DNA of 64,000 bases from Nitrospirota bacterium (lineage in GTDB: Bacteria > Nitrospirota > UBA9217). The stretch lies in contig CAVUCU010000004.1 in assembly GCA_963740085.1 (NCBI GenBank), positions 448,001 to 512,000 of the forward strand, given 5' to 3'. The number at the start of each line of letters is the position of its first letter. Position 1 is the stretch's first letter. The position numbers were made by a program, and so were the translations under genes. The notes below the pieces were generated by a model, which did no database searches, was not told the origin of the DNA, and saw only the letters and a list, made by a program, of their open reading frames with translations. Of the stretch, positions 31,468-42,677 are shown piece after piece.

Positions 31468-32467
31468 ATGAGCTCTGTCGATGTGATCGTGCCCTGTTAC
31501 CGTTACGGACATTTTCTGCGAGAGTGCGTTGAAAGTGTTCTTGCTCAGTCAGTGAAGAATGTTCGCGTTCTGATCATCGACGATGCTTCGCCCGATAACA
31601 CGGCTGAAGTGGCTGGCCGATCTCGTTAAAAAAGACCCCAGAGTAAACTTCTTGCGGCATGCTGTCAACAAAGGACACATCGCAACATATAACGAAGGGA
31701 TCGAATGGGTTTCTGCGGACTATATGCTGCTTCTTTCTGCGGACGATTACTTGTTGCCGGGTGCGCTCAACCGCTCTGCAATCTTATGGATGCACACCCC
31801 GAAGTTGGTTTTACCTTTGGCAGGGCCATCACGCTTGATGATCCGGTACGAAAAGTCAAACACAGACCGTCACAGACAAAGCGGACCAGCGCATCTTGAC
31901 AGGGTTGGAATTCATTGAACTCAGTGGATCGCGCAACATTGTTCCAACGCCTACTGCCGTAGTCCGGACAGAACTACAGAAAAGACTGGGAGGATATCTC
32001 CCTGAACTGCCGCATAGCGGCGATATGGAAATGTGGCTGCGGTTCGCCGCACATGCCTCGGTCGGGATGTCGGAAGCATACGAGGCGGTCTACCGTCGTC
32101 ATGCCGGCAATATGTCGCTTGACTATACCGTGAAAACCTGGTTGCCGGACCTTCAACAGCGGAAGGCTGCCTTTGATTGTTTCTTCAAAACATGCAGCCA
32201 CGCTCTTCCGGATGCTCAAAAGCTTCGTCGGAAGCTCGCTCTTTTTGCTTGGCTGCGATGCGGTCGGTTTCGCCAGCACTGCATTTAACGAGCGGAAAAT
32301 GGAAGTTTCCGAAACAGCTCTCTGATTATGCGATCGAACTTTGCCCGGGAGTTAAAAAGCATCGATGCCGTGGAAGAAGTTTGCATGTGAAACAACTGAT
32401 GGGTTACAGTGTATGGCATGCCTTGCAATCGGCTGTCGCAAAATCCGTACGTGAACTTTTAATATAA
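31468..32467 (+). CDS. GT2 glycosyltransferase, multiple frameshifts
   Basis: ATG 31468 gives MSSVDVIVPCYRYGHFL...IIDDASPD; then LLSADD and HSGDMEMWLR in shifted frames. Confidence 0.8.
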
Positions 32468-32545
32468 AAAGTTACCGGCTCGTGTTTATGTTGAAGTCGG
32501 GATCGAAAGTCTAAAGCCATAGACCTTAAGCAAAAAGGAGATTTT

Positions 32546-33527
32546 ATGTTGAAAATAGCGCAGATCGGTGTCGGTTATTGGGGGCCGAATCTTTTAAGAA
32601 ACCTCGTGGCGAACAAAAAGTGCAAGGTATCAACAGTGGTGGATCTGTCGCCTGAACGGAGGGACTATGTGCGGGGCCTCTATCCTGCGGTAAAGGTCTC
32701 TGACAACGTTGAAGAGGTGATCAATGATCCTGAGATCGAGGCAGTTGATAATTGCAACTCCGGTGGCGACCCACTTTGATCTGGCTATGCGGGCGCTTTC
32801 TGCAGGGAAACACATATTTATCGAAAAGCCGATGGCACGGAGCGTAGCCGAAGTAGATGAGATCGGCAAGCTGGCCGCTCAGAAGAACCGTGTCGCCATG
32901 GTAGGGCACACCTTTCTCTTTAATAGTGCCGTGCGGTACGTTAAAAAAATGATCGATTCGGGTGAACTCGGAGATATCCGATATATTTACAGTCAGCGGT
33001 TGAATCTCGGCAAGATCAGGTCTGATGTCGATGCCTTATGGAATTTGGCCCCTCACGACATAAGCATCATTCAATACTGGCTTGGGGACCCGAAGCCGCT
33101 CTCTGTGGTGAGGATAGGCGCCGACTATGTGCAGGAAAAGATCGATGACGTGGTTTTCATGAACATCATGTATCCGAAGAAGATCATGGCCAATATCCAC
33201 GTAAGCTGGCTTGATCCTCAGAAGATCCGCTCGATGGTCGTCATCGGATCAAAAAAAATGGTGGTATATGATGACATGGCAGACGAAAAGATCGCCATCT
33301 ACGACAAAGGGATAGACCGGAAGGCACCGTCTGGTAGTAGTAAACAATCGCCCGCATTTGATCACCGGTCGGGGGATGTTTTGCTTCCGAAGATCGATTT
33401 CAAGGAACCCTTGAAGGTTGAACTGGATCATTTTATTGACTGTATACAGAACGGAACGAAGTGCTTGACCGGTGTGGACCATGCCAGGACCGTGGTAGAG
33501 ATCCTGGCAACCGCCAACGTGCAGTAA
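32546..33527 (+). CDS. Second Gfo/Idh/MocA family oxidoreductase; frameshift near 32748
   Basis: IGVGYWGPN, HIFIEKP, WNLAPHD, VSWLDP. Confidence 0.88.
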
Positions 33528-33576
33528 GTGCGTCGGGCATTATCAAATTGATCGATCCAGGGCCGATGAAATAGTA

Positions 33577-34595
33577 ATGATGAACAATAAAAAAAAATTG
33601 AAAGTAGCTTTGGTCTGTACCCGCGGCGGACATTTTGAGCAAATGACCAATCTCTCCGAATTTTATGGATGCTATGATCATTTCTGGATAACCAACAAAA
33701 ATAAGCAAACAGAGAACCAATTGAAGGATGAGAGAGTACACTATATAGAGCTGGCTCACTTTAAAAAGCCCTGGACCTACTTATTCCAGCTCGCGCCGGT
33801 ACTGAAAATATTCGCGAAAGAAAAGCCAACGCATATGCTCTCGACCGGATCGGGCAGGACGGCCCTGGTTCCTTTTATTATTTCGCGGCTTTTTAAGATA
33901 AAGTTCATTTATATTGATACCTTTTCCCGGGTGCGCGGACATTCAAAGTTCGGGACGTTTTTGCTCAAAATGAAAAGCAGGATCTATACACAATGGGAAG
34001 ATCCGCAAAATGATAGAGCGATCTACATCGGACCAATATTCAAACAGCAGGAAAACCGCACTAAATGCAGTGACTCAGAATATGTATTTGTTACCGTGGG
34101 GACACGAGATGAACCGTTCACGCGATTGATAAAAGGGGTCGAAGATCTGGTAAAAAAAGGCATTAATAAAAGAAAAAGTAATCATACAGGCAGGGCATAC
34201 AAAATACAGGTCGGACTGTAGTCGAAGTATTTCGATTTCTGTCGTCCTGAAAAGATAGACGAATTGATCTTAAATGCAAAGTATGTCATTACCCAGGAGA
34301 GTGCGGGCATTGGTACCCAATGCCTGAAGTATAGTACGAAGTTTGTAGTTATGCCCAGAGACTATCAATATCGGAGAACTTCCCGCAAAAAGCGATATGA
34401 AAGAGGATCTGCAATGACAAGCTTGAAGAATTGGGTTATACAAAGGTTGTAAAAAATGCAAGCGAGTTGGAACAGGCGATCATAAATATAGATACTTGTA
34501 AAACAGGATATGAGTTCAACAATCAATTAGCGATCACGAAGCTGCATAGGGCTGTGGGTGACGAGTCAGTGACTAAAGTGCCTAAAGTGAGCTAA
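33577..34595 (+). CDS. Fused Alg14-like/Alg13-like (PssD/PssE, CpsF/CpsG type) glycosyltransferase; frameshifts in the 3' half
   Basis: VCTRGGHFEQ, STGSG, YIDTFSR, YTQW followed in frame by VFVTVGT..PFTRL; later VITQESAG, VVMPR. Confidence 0.8.
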
Positions 34596-34653
34596 AGTTT
34601 AGAGAAACAAGTAAAGTGCACTAGAGTGCCTAAAGTTTAAAGTGACTAAAGTG
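34569..34653 (+). repeat. Short-repeat array (7x TAAAGT), left arm around the four-helix-bundle gene
   Basis: TAAAGT at 34574, 34583, 34593, 34612, 34631, 34638 and 34647. Confidence 0.85.
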
Positions 34654-34826
34654 GGAAGTCGGGAGAGAATGCCGAGTAATAAGGAATTTGCAAAGGAACT
34701 TGAAAAGAGGACAAGGGCATTTGCTGTCAGCATCATTCGATTATCGGTAAAATTACCAAACAGTGCTGAAGGCAAGGTTATCAGGAATCAGATCACAAAA
34801 TCCGGAACATCTATTGGCGCCAATTA

Positions 34827-35100
34827 CTCGCCCCGTTAGATAAAATGCATTATGTATATATTTTACAGAGTTTGATAGATAATAAATTCTACGTTGGCTA
34901 TTCGCAAGATTTAAAACGGAGAATTGAAAAACACAATAGTGGACAAGTACCGTCTACTAAAGGGAGAACCCCATTAAAATTAGTTTATTATGAAGCATGT
35001 TTGAATATAACTGATGCTATACATAGAGAAAAATATTTGAAAACTAGCTGGGGGAAGAGATATATTAAAAACCGCATGAAAAAATATCTAACGGGGTAAA
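34827..35100 (+). mobile_element. Minimal insertion element: GIY-YIG nuclease ORF between terminal inverted repeats
   Basis: ccccgttagata (34831-34842) / tatctaacgggg (35085-35096) is a perfect 12-bp inverted repeat; it splits the host gene at its conserved ANY-x-E-A-N motif. Confidence 0.8.
34845..35099 (+). CDS. Stand-alone GIY-YIG nuclease family protein (84 aa)
   Basis: YVYILQS...FYVGYSQDLKRRIEKHN...STK.R.PLKLVYYE...AIHREKYLK. Confidence 0.93.
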   Translation: MHYVYILQSLIDNKFYVGYSQDLKRRIEKHNSGQVPSTKGRTPLKLVYYEACLNITDAIHREKYLKTSWGKRYIKNRMKKYLTG

Positions 35101-35294
35101 AATCTAATCGATCTCGTAGCAAAGCGGATTTTAGAAATAAGATAAGGATTTGCGAAAGCGAAGCCAGCGAAACACAATACTGGTTGGAAGTCATCATTGA
35201 TGCAAATATGCTGACTCGGGATAAAGTCGCAGCGGAACACAAGGAATGCAGTGAGTTGCTCGCAATCTTTACCTCAATTGGTAAAAAACACATT

Positions 35295-35352
35295 CACTTT
35301 AGAAGGCACTTGAGTCACTTTAGCGCACTTTAGCTCACTTTAGTGCACTTAA
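35295..35352 (-). repeat. Short-repeat array (CACTTTAG), right arm, inverted relative to 34569-34653
   Basis: ACTTTA at 35296, 35317, 35327 and 35337; 35327-35343 is the exact reverse complement of 34582-34598. Confidence 0.85.
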
Positions 35353-35371
35353 ATATACCCCAGGAGGAAGA

Positions 35372-36476
35372 ATGAATATTCAACTTGTTGATCTGAAGGC
35401 GCAATATGAAACGATCAAAAATGAAATCGATCCAGTAATAAAAGAGGTAGTATCGGAAACAGCATTTATCGGGGGACAGCACGTCGCGAAGTTTGAAGAA
35501 GCTTTTGCAAAGTTCTGCGGCGTGAAGCATTGTGTCGGCGTCGGCAATGGTACGGATGCTTTATTTATCGCATTAAAAACGCTCGGTATCGGCGCGGGTG
35601 ACGAGGTTATCACTGTTGCGAACAGCTTCATCGCAACATCTGAGTCGATAACGCAGACGGGCGCAAAGGTTGTATTTGTCGACATCGATCCGAAAACTTA
35701 TAACATCGATGTGAATAAGATCGAAGAAAAGATCACATCGCGGACAAAGGCCATCGTTCCTGTCCATCTCTACGGGCAGCCTGCTGATATGGACCCGATC
35801 CTTGCCCTTGCGAAGAAGCATAATTTAAGAATTATGGAGGATTGCGCTCAGGCCCATGGGGCACTTTATAAAGGCAGAATTATCGGCTCGATAGGTGACA
35901 TGGCATGTTTCAGCTTTTACCCCGGCAAGAACCTTGGTGCTTATGGCGATGCCGGGGCCATCGTAACCAGCGATGAGACCCTGGCGAAAAAAGCACGCAT
36001 GTTCGCCAATCACGGACGCATAGGAAAGTACGACCATGAAATAGAAGGCATCAACAGCCGCCTGGACGGACTCCAGGCAGCCATACTTGGAGGTCAAGTT
36101 GAGGCATCTTGATGCATGGTCCGAAGCACGAAGAAAGAACGCATACCTGTATAATGAACAATTGAAGGGAACGGATCTGGTCACGCCGGTCGAAATTGCA
36201 AATGTGAAAGCAGTCTATCATCTTTATGTGGTGCGTATAAAAAAGGAATTGCGCCAGAAACTTCAAGACCATTTGAAATCCAAAGGGATAGCCACGGGTA
36301 TCCATTACCCGATAGCGCTGCCTAATTTGAAGGCTTATTCCTACTTACAACATACAGCAAATGATTATCCTGAAGCCACAAAAGCGTCTCAGGAAATACT
36401 GTCTCTGCCGATGTATCCGGAGCTTAAAGAAGGTCAGATTCAGTTCATTGTTCGGGAAATAAAAAATGTGGTATAG
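35372..36476 (+). CDS. DegT/DnrJ family aminotransferase (FdtB/WbpE-like); frameshift near 36090
   Basis: [62 protein letters not shown]. Confidence 0.92.
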
Positions 36477-36546
36477 AAAACAATAGTTATTTGCTGCTTG
36501 CACATCTGCAAATTTTATCGTTGTTAAATGAGCTTTAAGGTGCCGA

Positions 36547-37434
36547 ATGAAGAATGATTTAAATAAAGCATCATATGTTCTAATAACACCGGCTTATAAT
36601 GAGGAGTCTTATATAGAAAAAACGATTCAATCGGTAATATCACAAACCAGATTACCTAATAAGTGGGTCATTGTAAGTGATGGTTCGACTGACGGCACTG
36701 ATGACATCGTAAAAAAATATATAAATCAATATTCTTTTATTGAAATCATCCGAACAACTGATCACAACGAATGCAGTTTTGGTTCGAAGGCGCTTGCCAT
36801 TGGCATTGCCTTTCAGAGGCTTAAGGATGTAAAATACGATTTTATAGGAATTCTAGACGCCGATATAACTTTCGCTTCAGATTACTATCAGAATGTTTTA
36901 ATGAAGTTTGGAGAAAATACATCTGCTCGTCTAGGTATTGCAGGCGGAATGATTGCGGAATTATGGAACGGAAGGTTCACAATACTCGACTATAACGTCA
37001 ATAGTGTTGCAGGGGCGGTACAACTGTTCCGTAGGCGATGCTTCGAAGAAATTGGCGGTTATCGACCCTTAAAACTTGGCGGGATTGACGCACTGGCTGA
37101 AATAATGTCGAGAATGCATGGCTGGGATGTGAAGTCATTCAAGGATATTATTGCTTATCATCATAGACGAATCGGGACCACAAGAGGAAGCTTGGCACGC
37201 TCAAAGTTCAAGTATGGGCTAAAAGATTATTCTATAGGAACACATCCATTGTTTATGTTTCTTAAATGCATCAATAGATTCCAGCAAAAACCTTATGTCG
37301 TGGGTGGTATTTTGACACTAATCGGGTTTATTTGGGCATGGATACGAAGAGAACCTAAGGCTGTTTCAGAGGAAATAGTCCGGTTCGTGAGAGATGAACA
37401 AATCAATCGAATAAAGTCAAAAATCCATTTTTAA
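36547..37434 (+). CDS. GT2 glycosyltransferase
   Basis: LITPAYNEE, VSDGSTD, ILDADI. Confidence 0.9.
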   Translation: MKNDLNKASYVLITPAYNEESYIEKTIQSVISQTRLPNKWVIVSDGSTDGTDDIVKKYINQYSFIEIIRTTDHNECSFGSKALAIGIAFQRLKDVKYDFIGILDADITFASDYYQNVLMKFGENTSARLGIAGGMIAELWNGRFTILDYNVNSVAGAVQLFRRRCFEEIGGYRPLKLGGIDALAEIMSRMHGWDVKSFKDIIAYHHRRIGTTRGSLARSKFKYGLKDYSIGTHPLFMFLKCINRFQQKPYVVGGILTLIGFIWAWIRREPKAVSEEIVRFVRDEQINRIKSKIHF

Positions 37435-37494
37435 TTTTAATTTGCACATTTGCCAACTAAACTATGACGTAAGACTAGGTAGGATTTTATTATA

Positions 37495-38265
37495 ATGATC
37501 TCACAACACTACTTTACATTTCCGTTTCAACTACCACGAGTCATTTCACAAATTCGCAACTGGCCGTTGTATCTTTTAAATTATCTATTACGACGGAAGC
37601 GCCCGGCAGTGTATCAGTTGCGGAATGGTTTCCAATTAATTGATGGTAGGGGGACACTGGCCGGAACCATAGCGGTCATTTTTGTCCGCCGAGAGTATGG
37701 GCCAATGCAAGACTATCGGACGATTGTAGATATTGGCGCGAACATGGGGAGTTTTACTGTTTACGCGGCACTAACATGCCCGAATGCAAAAATATATTGC
37801 TTTGAGCCGGAAGGGCGGAACTTTGGAGTGCTAATGAAAAATATCACAGTTAATTCATTGGACGCACGTGTTCATGCATTTCAATTCGCTGTTGCCGCCA
37901 GCAGTGACTCCAGAGCGATGGCCATTGGATTGTCGCCGCTGAATTCGCTGGTTACCAAGGACGCATGCGATAAGAGCCAGACGGTCCGTTGCACGACGAT
38001 TCAGGAAATCTTCAAGCGACAAAAATTACTAACCATCGATCTCGTAAAAATGAATTGTGAAGGGGCAGAATATGAGATTCTTGAGAGTTGCACTCACGCC
38101 GATTTTAAGAGAATGCCACGTATCCGATTGGAGTATCACAACCTTGACGCTGATAAACAAAATGGAAAATGGCTTGCAACCTATTTGAAGGTCCAAGGAT
38201 ATCAGATTGAGCATTATACTAGCTACCGTGGTGAGTCTGGTTTTATCTGGGCGACTCTAAAATAA
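37495..38265 (+). CDS. FkbM family SAM-dependent methyltransferase
   Basis: VDIGANMG, FEP, KMNCEGAEYEIL, LEYH. Confidence 0.9.
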   Translation: MISQHYFTFPFQLPRVISQIRNWPLYLLNYLLRRKRPAVYQLRNGFQLIDGRGTLAGTIAVIFVRREYGPMQDYRTIVDIGANMGSFTVYAALTCPNAKIYCFEPEGRNFGVLMKNITVNSLDARVHAFQFAVAASSDSRAMAIGLSPLNSLVTKDACDKSQTVRCTTIQEIFKRQKLLTIDLVKMNCEGAEYEILESCTHADFKRMPRIRLEYHNLDADKQNGKWLATYLKVQGYQIEHYTSYRGESGFIWATLK

Positions 38266-38300
38266 CAGCTGCTCCTGTATATGGTTAGAGCGATTGTAAT

Positions 38301-39299
38301 TTGATGTCAGGGAACGCAGCAAAAGAAGGGATTGTTCGTGTGGAGTTATCCATCATCATCGTCAATTGGAACTCGAAAGACTATCTTCTTAAAGCGATTG
38401 CATCAATCAAGGCTGAGACTCTGGGGATTGATTACGAAATCATTGTCATTGATGCCGCATCTTATGATGGCTGCGACGAGGTGCTTCGCATTAACTTCCC
38501 AGATGTCAGATTTATACAGGCCGTCAAAAACCTTGGTTTTGCGACAGCCAACAACGAAGCATTCGGCGATTCGAGTGGGAGCACGCTTCTATTTCTCAAC
38601 CCCGACACAGAGATCAAAGGCTCTGCCATAGAAACCATGTATTATCAACTGAACGCGTTGCCTAATGCCGGTATTGTGGGACCTAAACTCCTTAATAGTG
38701 ACAGATCGGTGCAGCAAAGTTGTGTCCGTACTTTCCCCACCATTTTCAATCAAGTGTTTGAATCCGATGCACTTCGCAAGTTGTTTCCCAGGGCTCAAGC
38801 ATGGGGTATGCGACCGCTTTTGACCGGAAATGAGACACCTAGCAAAGTGGATGCGGTCTCGGGAGCATGTCTCATGATCAAAAGGTCAGTATTTCAAAGT
38901 ATCGGAATGTTCAGCACTGATTACTTCATGTATTCTGAGGATATTGATCTATGCTTTAAGGTGGGGAAGGCCGGGATGAGTACATATTACATTCCAACGG
39001 CTGTCGTCGTTCACCACGGCGGTGCAAGCAGTTCACAAATGAGCATAAACACATTTTCCTCTGTAATGATGCTGGAATCCCGATGGCGATTTTTCCGAAA
39101 AACACGATCTTTATGGTATGCCAGGCTTTACCGCCTCGCAATGTTCGTAGCCAGCATCGTCCGGATCAGGTTGCTGCTGTTAGTGTGGCCGGCCAGCGGA
39201 CTGTGTGGAAAAAAGGACAGGTCTGAACAAGTGCTGAAAAAATGGATGGCAAGGCTGCGCTGGACAGTTGGGGCAGGGAAATGGGTAATAAAAAATTAG
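38301..39299 (+). CDS. GT2 glycosyltransferase (rhamnosyltransferase-like)
   Basis: SIIIVNWN, NLGFATANN, LFLNPD, VSGACLMI, FMYSEDIDLC. Confidence 0.9.
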   Translation: MMSGNAAKEGIVRVELSIIIVNWNSKDYLLKAIASIKAETLGIDYEIIVIDAASYDGCDEVLRINFPDVRFIQAVKNLGFATANNEAFGDSSGSTLLFLNPDTEIKGSAIETMYYQLNALPNAGIVGPKLLNSDRSVQQSCVRTFPTIFNQVFESDALRKLFPRAQAWGMRPLLTGNETPSKVDAVSGACLMIKRSVFQSIGMFSTDYFMYSEDIDLCFKVGKAGMSTYYIPTAVVVHHGGASSSQMSINTFSSVMMLESRWRFFRKTRSLWYARLYRLAMFVASIVRIRLLLLVWPASGLCGKKDRSEQVLKKWMARLRWTVGAGKWVIKN

Positions 39300-39360
39300 G
39301 GATTTCTTGTAGTGGCGGGAGACAAACGATAAGTCTTATAGTGGAAAGTAGATTCAACTT

Positions 39361-40714
39361 ATGGAACATGAAGTAAGTACAATATCACCAGGTAGCCTTG
39401 TGTTTATTTTGTGCATGGGGCTTCTCCTGCTGGTATTGCCACGGCGATATGCAATAGTCCCTTTGTTGGTAAGCGGTTGCTACATGACGCTTGGTCAAGC
39501 CCTTATAATAGGCGGACTGCACTTTTATCTGATCAGGATCATTATATTTTTTGGCATGATCAGGATCTTTGTCAAGAAGGAAATATTCAGTATAAAACTG
39601 AATTCGATTGATAAGTTTTAATAGCCTGGCTCTTGGTAAGTTCTTTATTGTATCCTCTCTTTGGCGAAATTAACGTTGCCATCGGCGAAAGACTTGGCCG
39701 AGTATACAATACATTCGGTATTTATTTTCTCGTTCGGTCATTGATACGAGACTTGGATGACATCATCTTTACTGTTAAGATGTTTGGAATTATCATCATT
39801 CCACTTGCCGTTTTATTTGCAGTAGAACATACGACCGGGAGAAACCCTTTCTCTATATTTGGTGGGGTGCCATCAATTTCCTGAACTTCGTAACGGCCGT
39901 ATCCGTTGTCAGGGTCCGTTTATGCATTCTATTCTTGCGGGAACTTTTGGAGCAACCTCATTGCCTCTTTTTGTAGGATTGTGGGCTCAAACTACCGGCA
40001 AGCGCTATCTCGCAACGGGAGCTATATTAGCGTCAACCGCCATTGTTTATTTCTCAGCAGCAAGTGGTCCATTTCTTGCCTATATTGCGGTTCTAGTTAG
40101 GATTGATCTGCTGGAATATCAGAACTCACATGAGGACCCTCAGATGGGGTATTGTAGTACTCTTACTTACCCTGTCTGCCTACATGAAGGCACCGGTATG
40201 GTTCCTAATATCTCAACTAGGCGATATAACCGGAGGAGGCGGATGGTATCGCTCGGCTCTGATCGATGCGGCCATAAGTCATTTTGACGAGTGGTGGCTA
40301 ATTGGTACAGGGTATACAGCACACTGGATGCCGACTGGCCTTGCTATTGATCCGAACATGGCGGACATGGTTAACTATTTTATCGCTCAAGGAGTACACG
40401 GAGGTCTTCTTGCGCTGATATTGTTTATTTGGTTGATCGTCAAGTGCTTCAAAACTGTTGGTGTGGCAACTCGAAATGGGATCCAGTATACAGCTCAGCA
40501 GCGATTCATGATCTGGTGTCTGGGATGTACCGTCTTCGGTCACGTTACGTCTTTTTTCTCCGTGTCATATTTCGATCAAATCACTATATTCTGGTACATG
40601 GTCATAGCTATGATTGCGACACTTGAAGGTACCAGAAATATGGCTGCTATAACTACTTCAATCAGGCCTTCAGATATATGCGAATCTGTATCATCTCACA
40701 TTCTGCATATATAA
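39361..40714 (+). CDS. Wzy/O-antigen ligase-like polytopic membrane protein; frameshifts near 39615, 39875 and 40095
   Basis: Four consecutive hydrophobic ORF pieces; RCQGPFMHSILAG and WYRSALI...WWLIGTG loop motifs. Confidence 0.78.
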
Positions 40715-40886
40715 GTAATATGCGATTCCCGAATACAACTATTCATTCTTATCCATCAAGATCTGAATTAGCCTTCTCTTATTTTTACTTGTGATTCTAA
40801 TCACAGCTACCTAAGCCAATAAGCGTATAATTAAAACAATCTACAGAGCAAAGCCATCGATCGATGAATTTTGAAGGGAGAATATC

Positions 40887-42163
40887 ATGAAGAAACAGCT
40901 TATTGTCATCTTATTTGTATTGATTCTATCCCCCACTGTTACATGGGCGGCATCTCATTACATTCGTAGTGGTGCATCAGGCTCTTCTTGTGCGGATTGG
41001 GGTACAAATGCCTGTAATGCTCTGCCGGCAACGCTTACGCGAGGAGATACTTATTACATAGCCAAAGGGTCTTATGCAGGAAGGACATTTAATGCGTCGG
41101 TATCAGGCACTTCGGTTATCATGATCAAAGGAGCAACTGTAGCTGATCATGGAACGGATACTGGGTGGAATAGTAACTACTCAGTAAGTACTGCAGATGG
41201 TGGTGGCCAAGCAACCTGGACTTCAAGCGTTTCATTCAGCACATCATATTGGGTGTTTGACGGTTCTGTAGGACAAGCGTGGGATAAAACCTCCACTGAT
41301 TATGGTTTTACATTTAGCTCCAATAGTAATCCAATCTATATATACAACACAAGTTCAGCTATATCAATATTACAATCTCTCATATTGCGGCAACTGCTCC
41401 AGGTGGCGATACTGAAAAGTTTTTCATTTCAACTTCTAATTCGTCCAAAGCAGTAAGTAATGTAGATGTAAGCTATATTTACGCAAATGGATGGCAGATC
41501 GTTCTGGTGGTCAACATCTCCGGGCCTTACTATGGATAGTTGGACTTGTGAATATAGTACAATATTAAATTCCTGGGGAAGTTCTACGCATCATGGTGGC
41601 GAAATTAATAATAACTATGGGCTTATGACTAATTTAGTTATTCGCTATAATTGGTTTGAAGGGTTTTACTGATACGGGAATTACCGCAGTTGTCGAAGCC
41701 AACAATAACAACATTAATAGCTCTTATATATACGGAAATGTCTTTAAGAATGTCACAGGTAGGAATGGAATTCTATCTGGTACCTCTGCCGGAAATCTTG
41801 TAAGTCCTGCTATATATAACAATACTTTTATCACCTCTTCTAGTCAGGGAGTTGGATAGGAAGCACTACGGGAACTCCCGATGTAAGAAATAACCTTCTA
41901 TACAATATGAGCGCCAGTAGTACTTCAGCAGGTGGAGATTATAACGCTTATTTTTCTTGCACAAATGTCCCTTCTGAAACTCATAACAAACTGGCTCGGG
42001 AAGTCCATTTGTAAGCGAGGCATCGGGAAATATTAATCTAACTACAGCAACAACGGCAGGCGCAACCTCGCTGCGCCCTATAATATGGATGTCGATGGAA
42101 ATACAAGGGGAGGATGGGATATGGGATAGGGGGGCATTTGAATTTGGAGGTAATGTATTGTGA
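40887..42163 (+). CDS. Secreted Asn/Ser-rich beta-helix (pectin-lyase-fold-like) protein, heavily frameshifted
   Basis: Signal peptide; GDTYYIAKGSY; IYGNVF and IYNNTF repeats; C-terminal MDVDGNTR...WDRGAFEF. Confidence 0.65.
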
Positions 42164-42222
42164 TACGCCCGAACCCGCCCGTACTCTTCTACAATGGCAA
42201 TTGTCCAATTACCAGGTGTTTT

Positions 42223-42251
42223 AGCGGCTGGTGGAATACCAACCAGCCGCT
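42223..42251. terminator. Stem-loop after the beta-helix gene
   Basis: agcggctggt / accagccgct inverted repeat; weak U-tract. Confidence 0.4.
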
Positions 42252-42677
42252 GCTTCTATAAATTAAATTTAACTCCAACAAGCAGAAAGATAATCGTTCA
42301 TCATACGCTAAATGGTAGCGAATGATCAAATCGCCCGCTCTAGATGTCATGACAACCAATCCAGTAGGTCCGCGAACTCCCCAAGTTTCGTTAGTTTCCT
42401 AATGAACATTAATGATATTGTAACATTCCTTAATAGCTAATGTAACATTGACACTCCCGCTGTGCTGGGCGTTCGCCCGGCGGCTTTTTGAGACCTGTCC
42501 GGGAGATAGAGTTGAGGCCTTTCTTTGTTCAATAGTTTGCAACAAGCCTGCGGACTCGGCCGGAGGCATAGAGTGGGATCTTTTTTCACTTAGCCTCGAT
42601 TATATCGCTTAGAATTTTACCGGTCCGTGGAAATTATGTCGGATTTCAAACACCATGTTTAAAGGAGTCTCTGAAAG

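Larger units (their letters stand above)
34669..35333 (+). pseudogene. Four-helix-bundle protein (23S rRNA IVS protein / TIGR02436-like) interrupted by a GIY-YIG element
   Basis: MPSNKEFAKELEKRTRAFAV...QITKSGTSIGANY | SNRSRSKADFRNKIRICESEASETQYWLE...ELLAIFTSI; removing 34831-35099 restores a 131-aa frame. Confidence 0.9.

Noticed and set aside
34827-35100. Group I intron with a GIY-YIG homing endonuclease
   Set aside because: Fewer than 20 non-coding nucleotides flank the ORF, so there is no room for a ribozyme core; the protein also lacks the extra DNA-binding domains of homing enzymes.
26458-35333. Diversity-generating retroelement (Avd-like four-helix bundle plus a near-identical repeat pair)
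   Set aside because: No reverse transcriptase in the window; both repeat copies are in-frame coding and their differences are not adenine-specific.
34569-35352. CRISPR array
   Set aside because: Units are 7-10 nt with no unique spacers and no cas genes; the other repeats in the window are coding domains.
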